DNA of 64,000 nt, from contig OZ037766.1 of NCBI GenBank assembly GCA_964035545.1, positions 1,922,001 to 1,986,000 of the forward strand, written 5' to 3'. Of the stretch, positions 1-11,260 are shown piece by piece. This DNA comes from Bugula neritina (taxonomy: Eukaryota > Animalia > Bryozoa). Each line of letters opens with the position of its first letter. Position 1 is the first letter of the stretch. The notes beneath the pieces were generated by a model. It saw only the letters and a program-made list of their open reading frames with translations. It was not told the origin of the DNA and made no database searches. Both the position numbers and the translations under genes were made by a program.

Positions 1-349
1 ATTAGGAGCATGTTGACAAGTTGATCCCAGATAGTAAGATACCCTCTCAAACGAATTTATTACCCATAATATACTGTATAGGCTTTATCCTAGCTAAACA
101 CTATGAGGTTGAAAACAAGGTCAAAGGTCAAATAGTGAGATTACAAAATCAAGAGTGGATAACTCTTCAACTTCAAGTACAGATGAAACTTTTTTATGTT
201 ATTAGTATGCGAAGCTGATTATATGAAATCAGAAACTTAGTATAATTTAGCATAGATGCATACCTATACCATATACAATATATTTATTATTAGGTATATA
301 ATCACCTATATGTAATATATATTATTATATATACATTCCTTTCTCATAG

Positions 350-435
350 CTCATGGATCTCTTTCTGACAGAGCTCGAGAAAGGTTTGAACCCCCTCCCC
401 GAAGCTCTCTGCCTGACAAACCCCCTTTAGAGTAA
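350..435 (+). CDS. Probable terminal coding exon of a gene that starts upstream of the window (product unknown)
   Basis: Pyrimidine-rich acceptor ttcctttctcatag|350, followed by a GC-richer block. It reads HGSLSDRARERFEPPPRSSLPDKPPLE* (phase 1) or LMDLFLTELEKGLNPLPEALCLTNPL* (phase 0); the frame cannot be resolved. Confidence 0.35.
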
Positions 436-1516
436 GGTAAATAGTGTATTGGAAAAGTTGGGAAGTCCTGCATGTTATTCATAAAAAATATTGCAAAAGA
501 AGTTATGTTATCCTGAGAAGTTTAACTCTCCCTTCCAAAAGCTAAAATTCCCGAAGACAACCAAAGTACACAGGCCATTGTATCTCTCCATTATTGTACT
601 TGAAGCGCTAATAATCTGCCCTTACCAATTTTAGCATATAGAAACTTAGAAATCTCTTGTAATGGTATGGATATATACTACCAGAAAATGACAGGAGAGT
701 TGTGCTACCTTGACTATGAAGACTTTCAGCTCATTATAACACTATTTCAATAGACTAATTTCTAATTTTTATTATACTTGAGAGCTTTTAAAAACATGCA
801 TATAATATCTATTAAAAATTAAAAAAAATCAGCAAGAGAAAATTGATAATCTCAAAATTTGAAAATGATGTAATCAGTAGCAAAACCAAAACCGTTTGAT
901 TAAGTAATGTAGGCGAAGAAGAAAATATTTTAAATGTGCGTAAAGTGCTCAAGCAAGAATGAGGTAGAAAAAGAAAACTCAAAAATATACACAAGATGAA
1001 TCTATGACTAACAACACGAATTAAAACTGGCATAATTTTGGTGTCATTGATGTAATACTGAAATATGATTAACGGTCTGCACAAGAGAATATGAAAGTAG
1101 AACAAAATCGAGCACATAGCTGTGTTAAAGTAGAACATTGTTTTAGCTAAACTAGATTAAGTAAATAGTATTTGCTAAATAACACTTTGAGTGTCACAAA
1201 ATTAAAAATCCACAAAAATACCGTATTTGTTAAAGTTGAAGCAAGTGTTGCACACAATACTGAAGGACATTACGAAACACTGGCATTTCTCCACCAGCAG
1301 TTTAAAAGTTGAAACTTAAACATTAACGAGTCTGTGAATAGAGCGTAACTTCTACTGAATTCAACAAAGAGTCACAACCAAAGTATCAGTGTATAAGGCT
1401 AGCTGCGTGAACGCCCCTTCCATATGGCTACCGACTAGAAATACAGAAGCACAGCTAGCAAGGAGGCTTGCTGCCGTTGCTGCTTCCAATTTCGCATACA
1501 AAGATCTCTGCATGAC

Positions 1517-4500
1517 TCATTCATCGATCTCTTCACTGTGCGCAGTCATGAGTTTCCCATTCACATCACCAAAATCCTCCGTCTGATTGGCTAGAACTCC
1601 GGGCATGTCGGCGTCGGGAACCGCCTTGTGTGAGAGCAACTTTCTCTCCATGAGTAACTTCATGACAGTGTCGATATCTTCGCACGGCACCTAAACAATA
1701 TACATGTGTCGGTACAGTGTATACACGTGTCAGTACAGTGTATACATGTGTCAGTACAGTGTATACATGTGTCAGTACAGTGTATACATGTGTCAGTACA
1801 GTATATACATGTGATGTACTCACCAGTGTGTGCCCGTAGTAGTACGAGGAGATGTAATATTCAGAGATGTTTGCTGATGCTATCGGGTCAGACATTTGGG
1901 CAACTATTCCAGCAGTCACTACAAATACATGATGTGAAATGTCATTGCAAGTACATGTTGCGACATGTCACAGTGTCATAGCATAATGTAACATGCCACA
2001 GTGTCGTAGCATAATGTAACATAGCAAATGGTACATGCTTCATTTAAATAGCACACTGTACCCTAAATGTAACCATAAATACACATATATTACAACGTAA
2101 CAACACACAATACAATGTATACTGGAATAATATACTGTAGAATACATTACTTTGCAATTCAGTACAATATACACAATACAATACAATGTAATACAATACA
2201 TGCGCTAAAATGCATGCAATACAAAGTATACAAAATTCAATACAAAAATGCAAAGCCCAAAATACAATACAACACTATCCAACACATACAATACACACCA
2301 TGCTATACATACACCACAATAAATACACTACAATATGCACAGTATGTAGAGTGCACATTAATTGGTCTTACCAAATCCAAGCCCGCCAGGCATATCTCCA
2401 ATCTTCACCATCTTCCATTTCTCACGAGTGTTGAAAAGAATGTGAGCGGGAAACCTGTATAACATTACTTAGTATAATGTGCTAGACAATGCTATACTTA
2501 GTACAATGTGCTACACAATGCTATACTTAGTATAATGTGCTACACAATGCTATACTTAGTACAATGTGCTACACAATGCTATACCTAGTATAATGTGCTA
2601 CACAATACTATACTTAGTATAATGTGCTACACAATGCTATACTTAGTATAATGTGCTACACAATGCTATACCATACAAGTCAACCACATGAAAAAATGGT
2701 CACCACTAGCCAAATATAAGACTATAAAATCTAACAAGGGAATATAACTCTAAATACATTCACAAAGTAATGGACTATCTGCCAGAATACTGACGGAAAA
2801 CCGTGCCTAACTATCCCAAGGGAAGATAACTGCTGAAAGCATACGCTAAGCAGTATAATATGGCTATTTTGTGCTAGGAGAATGCAGTCAATAATTATGA
2901 CAAAGGGAAACAACTACCGATAAACTCACTTGTGTAGTAGATGATCATCCAGCACTAAAGAAATGTCGTTATCGACTATGCCAAGGCTGAAGAAGGACTC
3001 GTTACCCTTGGGTTGAGTGTGTGAAAAGAACAAACACTCTGTAATTAGAAATCGTATACGGTGTGCAAGAAGCGAAAAAGAGCCTAAAAAATGCAGGTTT
3101 CTACCAGTAAAACTTGAAACTTGGTTCACATATCATGAACCAGGAAAGGGTGTTTCGAAGAAATCATTTTAGTGCAGTAGTGGAGAAATTGAAATAGCCT
3201 ACGCTCTTTAAATTTTTTTATTAAATTTTGGTTTGGGGCGCTAGTTACAACTTTTGCGAGACCATAACTTCTTTTGCTACATTTCTAATCTAAAACACAG
3301 GATTTTCTCAATTTCTCCATTACTGCACCTACCTTGAAGAAACTGACAACAGTAGAGCAGATTGGAGAAAGAACTAGAACAAAACTGACCAATAATATTG
3401 AGAGCGTGGGGCTCGATGCTACTCCTATCCATGGAGGTGATGTAGAAGGTGTTGCCGGGAGATGTGTACGCGTTGGTAATGGGGCGTAGTGGCTTGTTCT
3501 CCTGTCTAGGGGGAATAGTCGAGGGGTCTATGTACACCTCCTCACTTGTTATTGATTTTTCTTCAGTTATTTTAAAATCATAGGCTAAAACTCTGCAGGC
3601 GTACGCCAAGTCGCTCTTTCTTACCTACAATAAGTAGAGAGATGAATAGATCACTAATACTAAACTGAATAGAGATGAGTACATCACAGATACTTGTTAA
3701 CAGTTAGATTTTATAGCTAGTCTCGTGAGTGAGTGACTGTGTGAATAGATGAGTGAGTGAGTGACTCAGATAGCGAGTGAGTGAGTTAGTAAACGAATTA
3801 GGTGATTAGTGAGTGAGTCAAATGTTCAGGTAGTGAGTGAGTGAATGAATGAGTCAGTGAGTGAGTGAATGAGTGAGTCAGTGAGTGAATGAGTGAGTGA
3901 ATGAATAAGTGAGTCAGTGAGTGAATGAATGAATCATCAACTAATTTGATAAACAATCAGTAAGTAGTTAATAAGTCAGTCAGTGAGCAAAGAAGATTAA
4001 TAAATGATTACTAACTGAATCATTCACTAATCAAAGGAGGAAGGAAAAAGATGAAGAAAAAAACTGAGCATGTTAATGCTAATTTACTGTCAATGAAATT
4101 GGTATTTACATGGTTGCAAAGTTTTTCTAGTAACATCTTGTACAGAAAACTACTGCTGCCACACATATTTCAGTAAAGTGGAGCCAGTCAGATCAGGGGG
4201 TGCCATAAGGGGGAGACTCTATCAACTCACCAGTACGTAGTCTGTCTTGTATGTGGAGAGGCAATAAACAGAGATATTGAAGTCAGCCAATGGCATGATG
4301 ACGGAGCGTGCTATCTTACTGATGCCGCCGGTGTTGAGTCCATCTAAACCCACCGACACCACAAGGGGTATCCATACTCCATCCACCACTGTCAACTCAT
4401 CTCTATGCTCTTCCAACACTATAGGCATAGATAGAATTGCTGGTTATTAGCGAATGGTCCAGCCTGTATCAACGGGTCAGCCAATGAAATGATTGCTTAC

Positions 4501-7306
4501 AAGTAGTAAAATAAGCACTTTGAGATGAGCCATTGTCATTCTAATACAGAAAGGAAACATGAAGCTACTAAAGACAAACATTCCAGTGATTTTCTCAGGC
4601 CAGGCATAAACAAATGGATTATTTTAAACCAATTTTCATCATCTGGTAAATGACCCGCCTGCCACATAGTAACAGGCAATATCTGAGCTAGAGGAAGAGT
4701 GGTTCAAATAGTGCTAGGTTCTAGTAAATATCTGTAGTACAAGAAGGTGGCTGCCCGTGCAACACAACCCAAACTAGAAATTCTACACCCAGGCTAATGG
4801 AAACTAAGCATCACTAATCCTAGTAAGAATATACTATACTCTACTAGGAATTATTTCATTTAGACGTGTTATCTACCACAAAGCTATCAATGACACTGGT
4901 TTAGTCTTTGGAGCATGTGTTATTATCTCCAGTGGTTAGTTAGACACACAAATGAGTGGGGGGGGGTAGCTTCAGCCTCAGCACCTAGCCATCAATTCAC
5001 ACAGCCCTAGGGCTATTACTGACAACAACCAGTAGCAAGATAGTAATATTTCAACTATCTTGTTGTTCGAAAGAGAAAATCCCAAAACCTACTTTCAACA
5101 TGTAAATAACAGCTACACAAAGTCAGGATGAGGGCTAGCTTATACGTCCCGCAGTGAGTGACAAGGAGACAGTAGAAAGCCGTTACTAAATCCTAGACTG
5201 GTTGCTGTGGCCGCAGGCTATTTATAGTACAGTTGGCCGAGATGGCTAATAAATTAGTGTCAATGTTTCACCTGCCGCATGTGTGACAAGCCACACGGAG
5301 GCCAGATTATTGCAATAGAAAGTACATTGCAAGCAGTGGAAGTTATTTACTCCCCTCTGACTAGAAGAAATTCAGAGTTACTTACAGTGAAACCTACTTC
5401 TATAATACCAAATATTTCCCTTCCTACTACCAGAAAGATTGAGATTTGGATAAAAATAATATGTGCAAAATGTGAAATAAAATCCATGTTCTGGAAGGGC
5501 AAAGAAAACCAGCCAAACCAGAGCTGGGCTGGCTTTCTTACCCCCCCTCTCCGAATTACTATGACTTTCAACTTGTTGCTATTTTGCCTAGCAGATACAG
5601 AGTTTTATATGCTAGATACTGTAGGAAATGTTACCCATAAAAAGTGTCTTTGATAACTTTCCATTTATTCATGGAAAGTTGTTAAAGACATGACTTAATA
5701 AAAGATGACTATTAAAACAGATGATAAAAGCACAGGTACAATGAAGATTCAATAGAAGCAAGATTTTACAACACAAATAATCACTATACAAATATTGACA
5801 ATTCCATGATGCAACACAAAACTACAAGAAAATCCACTAGTAATTCTATGGAAGAACAAAACAAACTAATATTTCCCTTTAATACAGCATTATGACGGCA
5901 TAACAGAATAGTAGGGGATATAAAATAGAACATCATCAAACATTATAAAGCAGGCTGGTCAGTATATAATATAATATACAATAACATACAATAATATAAT
6001 ATACAATAATATATTTACGTGGCAAGCAGTCTTCATCACATACTATGGAATAGTCCAAATCAGTTTCAGTCACACTGACAAAGCTACAAGAGAACAAACA
6101 TACATTATTATATTGCTACACGTGTTTAGAGTGTCTAGCTGCTATGTCCCTGGACAATATTTGATAACGTGTTTTGCCTTGTTTACAGAAGACTGGTAAC
6201 TTACTCAGTTCAACTTACATGATGCCACATGCTTACATATAACATTTAATTACAAACCATACAAATAATACATTCCATCCAATAGAAAAACAAATACACT
6301 CAAACAAGTTTACTCACGTAGTTTCAAACTTTACCAAATTAATGTGCGCATATTATCTTTAAAGGTGGGTGAAAAAAATTATCGAGTTTTCTTAGTAGAA
6401 GTAAATCTTGAAAAAGTAGCTTTTGTTATCACTTTGTAGGCCTAGTATAGTCTATCATCAATTACTAGAAACAATCTTTTACTCTGAAAAAATATATAGT
6501 CTGTTAATGGAACTTTACAGTGAAGCTGAAATACAGCCTGTTGATGAATTGTACTAGCAGTGATGTAACATGATGACTGGGCAGTAATTTAACCCACCAG
6601 GCAGATTCTCCATGAAGTATTATGATGCTCTCACATTTCCTACTAAATCTAATTATTGTTAAACAAAATTCGATTATCGTTACAAGTGGCTTTAAAAATC
6701 TCAACAAACAAGTTATTGTTGACATTCTTGAGTTTAAAATATAATTTAATTGTAGGACCAAACGTCATTGCAAAGTTGGCAGTTCAAAGTAAGATCAGTA
6801 CACTGCATTTAGTGCAGTAACTGAGAAATTTCAATATAGCTAAAGATCTTTGATTCTTCTAAGTAACTTTGGTTTGAAGGGAGATCAAAGCTTTCAGAAA
6901 AAGATAAATTATTTCACTAGATTTATCATCTAGAACGCAGGCTTTCATCAAACTCTATCACTGCACCTACACACTTTATTGATAACATATTCACCATTAT
7001 GCTGTCTGCCTACAGCAGGAGCTATGGAATGTCCCTAAAGAAAGTGATGACCAGTGTAGTGAAACGTAAGTGGAAATCAGAAAACCTACATATCATCCAA
7101 CTAACTTTAATCATCATAGATTTATAGTACAAGTGTAAGTAGTGTACGTAAACAGCAGTTATATTAATTATTCACCTGCTAGACCTGGTTTTAAGCCGAG
7201 AGTTGCGGAGGAAAAGAATGTCGAGTAGGGCGTGTGTGTACTTGGTTATGGCAGCCTTTCTAAAACTCACAACTTTTAGCCTGTAGTCCAAGATGTTAAT
7301 CTCCAT
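1517..7306 (-). CDS. CASTOR1: CASTOR/GATS-family ACT-domain protein (cytosolic arginine sensor-like, mTORC1/GATOR2 pathway), about 359 aa, 8 coding exons
   Basis: Exons 7306-7176, 6083-6019, 4418-4231, 3624-3390, 3038-2930, 2454-2372, 1918-1824, 1690-1517 are all GT-AG and frame-consistent (1080 nt). The peptides MEINILDYRLKVVSF, SVTETDLDYSIVCDE, GISKIARSVIMPLADFNISVYCLSTYKTDYVLVR, WKMVKIGDMPGGLGF and GIVAQMSDPIASANISEYYIS follow human CASTOR1 colinearly. CASTOR1 versus CASTOR2 orthology is not resolvable. Confidence 0.93.
1697..1812. repeat. 21-bp minisatellite filling the last CASTOR intron
   Basis: About 5.5 copies of tatacatgtgtcagtacagtg. Confidence 0.9.
2467..2672. repeat. 29-bp minisatellite next to a CASTOR acceptor site
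   Basis: About 7 copies of ctatacttagtataatgtgctacacaatg. Confidence 0.9.
3170..3331. mobile_element. MITE (about 160 bp, non-autonomous DNA transposon), copy 1
   Basis: Terminal inverted repeats gtgcagtagtggagaaattga ... tcaatttctccattactgcac with TA at the flanks. Homologous copies lie at 6810-6969 and 60780-60930. Confidence 0.8.
3725..3935. repeat. (GAGT/GAAT)n tetranucleotide microsatellite
   Basis: Runs of gagtgagtgaatgaat in a CASTOR intron. Confidence 0.85.
6810..6969. mobile_element. MITE copy 2 (diverged)
   Basis: tagtgcagtaactgagaaatttc ... caaactctatcactgcaccta, with the interior alignable to 3170-3331. Confidence 0.7.
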
Positions 7307-9339
7307 TCCAGTTTTAAAGGTTATAGTGGCTTATACCCCTTAGACTACTACTGGTAGAAGTTCTAATACTACGGCAAGTCTGTGTTCCAGCAATGTTTAT
7401 ACAGCGGCTCTCAGTCTATAGCCCTAAAAATTGAGCCAATAATGAAACAGTATTGATTGGAGACTTGATTGACAGAGGGGTGAAGGTCACTTAATACAAT
7501 CACAAGATAACAACATTCTTGACAATTGATAAATTGAGTAGAATTGCTGGTAAATGAAGCAAATACAAATTTAACCTTCAATATAATTTGAAGGTCAGAT
7601 GAAGTTGTATTTTAGTGATGGGAGGTTTGCCCTATTACCGTATAAGAAAAAAGCTATTGTAGAGGAGTAGAGTATATAACAAGTTAGACTAAGGTACTTG
7701 GTCTCAGCCCTGGGAGAAGGGCATTTGTTCACAACTTTCGTATTACGCTAGTCTTAGTCTTGGTTATTTATTAGCCCTTGGCAAAAATAGTTTTCTCTCT
7801 AAAAGTTGTTTCATTGTAAAAGTACAGTATTCTATAAGCTCAGGTATGAAACTTGAAAGACTTCTTTTTGTCACATTATTTGGGTAGTTTTATATGAAAA
7901 AGTATTCAAAATTATTTACTTTTTAGAAATAACTTTCTCTAGGTTGTATGTTCACATTAAATCAATTCCAGCATTTCTTCAGATGACGAAATGTTTTCCT
8001 AAAATTATCAACATAAATAATACTATTGCCGCCACTGACAGCCCGGTCAGGTGCCCTAAATGACACATATGGCAGGTGTCTGATTGAGCAAGAACTGAGC
8101 AGCTCAAAGTCTGGTTATAAACTACATTGCTTAGTGATGTGACAATAGTTTAGCATGTCAGGTTTATAGCTGTACCAGCAGCTTATGGCTAGTGAATTAT
8201 GTAACTTATGTCATTGCGTGTTATTGGTACCTTCATATCAACATATCAACATACCATCACTATATTGTATGAACTAACAACTTGGTGGCCCCTAGTCATA
8301 TCTAAACAATGATAGGGGTAAAAAAACAAAATGGAGAATTCAATTACTAAATATTTAATTTTGCAGAAATAACAAATAAAAATTTCGATTACCAATATGA
8401 TTATTAAACTAAATATTATATTAAGGATTCTGATAAGATTTATTTTCGAACTTGATGGAACAAACCAAAGTTTTTAAGTAGCATGCCTAGTACAGAATAT
8501 ATTACTATTGGAATCTTCTAGAAAACACCGACTACTGGCAACAACAAGCTCTGTTATAAAATACAACAATTGCTAATTTCCACACAATCATAGATAGTAC
8601 TGTCAGGAAACTTAGTGTGTGTACTGAACCTACATAGGCATTCGTCTGTGTTCTATTGCAAGGCTAATAAAAAAATCTACCAAAAAGGTGTCTCTAGGCA
8701 ACAGGTGAAAAATAGTAGTGCTGGAGGGTTACTGGGTGACGGAAGGCAAAACCTACATTTAGACAATGCCATTTTGAAAACACATTCATGGATGCGGCAG
8801 TATTTACATTGAGCTAAAATACTCTATCTATGAATGGCAAAGTAAGAAAACATTAGGTATGTTTTAAGGCCAAAACATACTCGTTTTGCACTATAAAAAG
8901 ATGAGCAATTGTAATATCCTTATTGATGTAAACATGGTGGCCATGTTCCTAACTTATTCATAGGTTATTGATATCCAGACTTATATATCTGAAATTAGAT
9001 AAAAGACTATGCTCATTTCCATTCTCCCTCTGCGGCACAGCTAATAATTTATTAAGTTATTAGTACGAGATAATTGTAACTATTACTTTAACCTATAAGC
9101 TATAAGCCATAAGACAAAAGTTAAATATTGGGTATTACCCTTACTGTTTATTATTCAGTGTTCTTATTACTCAGTTATAGCTTAAAATGCAAAGCGAAAA
9201 CTTTCCAACTAAAAACAAAAATGTTAGGACTAATGACAAACATAATTTAAACTAGCAATCACAATGCTCGATTATAAATTGATTAATATTATATTTGTAA
9301 AAGGAAGTCTATGAAACCAAGAATCTTTTCTTTATGATA

Positions 9340-11260
9340 ATAGTTAAGTTATATTTATAGTCACTGATAGTGAAACTGATGGTAATAATAATGATAATTA
9401 ACTAACATAACCATAAACTAATATTTATATCCTTAATAACAATTATAATATCATATTTAATACAATTTAAATTATAATTCTCATAAACACTTAAACTTGG
9501 AATTAATCAGTTGAAGTTAATAACTAAGTTTAAAACTAAGGCTAAGCTTAAGCCAACTCCAAGATAGAGACTGAGCCTAAGGCTAATTCGAGTAATGGGT
9601 AATGAGTAACTGTAATCATAATGAGTAACACTAACAAACAGTTAGTGTTACACTTACAGTAACACTAACAGCAACAGTAACTGTAATAGTGTAATGTCAA
9701 TGCTTAACTTTTAAAATTAATGACTATCACAGTCACTATAAGTATAAGTATGACTATAAGCATCACTGTAGGTGTATGAGCATCACATTCTGATAGTGAT
9801 AGTTATTCACTATCAATATCAAAATCAGTAGAGTATGAGTAACACCAACGCAAACTGTAAGTGTAATTACTAATTTAAAACTTAAACTCAAAGGTAATCT
9901 CAATCTGTAAGACTAAGTGTAATGCGGTTTGCTCTGTTAGTGTTACTGTTGAAAAACAAATATCAGTTTTAGTACGTATTTTCCACCCCATTTTTTAGAT
10001 CTTCAAAGTAGTTCATAGCTCCACAATCAAATATAGTATACTAAAGCTACTGTAACTGCTTTGACTAGCATTTACAGGTTTGCAACATGTTGAAGTTATG
10101 CTTCTGGAGATCAATCGGCAAGTGTCAGGGTAGTAACCTGGGAACAGCAAAATCATAAACTGCAAACTGCAATAGCTAAGAATATTTAGTTTTATGCCGT
10201 ATGTTCATTTAGAATAAAAATACTAAGAACCTGAGCTACACAATTATAAGCTGTATTTTCGCCCATTTCTAACTCTTTTAATAGTTGATATTAAACCGAT
10301 GTAAAAACGGAAGCAAAACATTTAGTACAAAACCATGAGTCGGTATTGAACAATTTCCAGGTATTGGTCATTAAAAAAAATATTTACGTTGAAGAGAGCA
10401 TTGCGGTGTGACTTGTGACACGATAGGAACTGGTGCAAGGAAATTTATAGAGGTTTATTCGTTATTGCATCTGCTCTAGGAATTTAAAGTAAAATTTCAT
10501 ATATTTATACTATACTACGTTTGGTACCCATATTAATCTTCATCTTGTAAAAGTATAACTATAAGTATAAGTATTGCTGTTAGTACAACTATAAATTCTA
10601 GTTTATATTTTAAATTTATAGTTTATTAACTTGAAACTGTGAAACTGACTCAGGTTAAACCTGTCACTGTCAGTGTGAGTGTGACTGAGTGTCACTGTCG
10701 GACTAAGATTGAAAGTAAATATTCATATTCATATTGCATAGCATTGACTATAACTATAACTGTATAAGTATATTCAATTTTTTAACCCATAAACAGTAAA
10801 TTCACTCTCAGACACTATCCTTATCAGTATGGAATCAGCAGAAAGTCCAAGCCAGCCAGAGGTTTCAATGAACTCAGGTAAAATATATTTTAATAAAAAG
10901 TACAACTAAAAGTAAATGTCAAATTATTATTTAATGACGATTTAAGTTTCGATCACAAGCACAATAACAATCCCAATGTAAATCTCGCAGTAATACTAAT
11001 ACTAATAGTAATAGTTAATAGTTATACTTCTAGTCATACACTCATACTGATACTTAATCTTATAGTTATACTCATAGTCATACTACTTATACTTATAGTT
11101 ATAGTAATGTTAAAGGAGCAGCCTAAATGTCAAAGTGAAAGTAACTTGCCTATCAGTATGAGTATCACTATCAGTATCAGTTATGATAGTTCTGACTTAT
11201 ACTTTATTACTTATACTTATAGTTTAACTTGATGTTCTAATTTAGTAATTTGACTAAATT
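9340..11260. promoter_or_regulatory. Head-to-head promoter region of CASTOR (-) and TPD52 (+), flanked on both sides by 6-bp-periodic hexamer tracts
   Basis: The two genes start divergently. A non-periodic core at about 9960-10540 is flanked by A(C/G)TNNN word arrays at about 9340-9950 and 10550-11260. Exact TSSs are not determinable. Confidence 0.6.

Noticed and set aside
1706-2462. Plus-strand ORFs with SVQCIHV and Y/I/Q-rich repeats
   Set aside because: Translations of intronic minisatellite or low-complexity DNA within CASTOR
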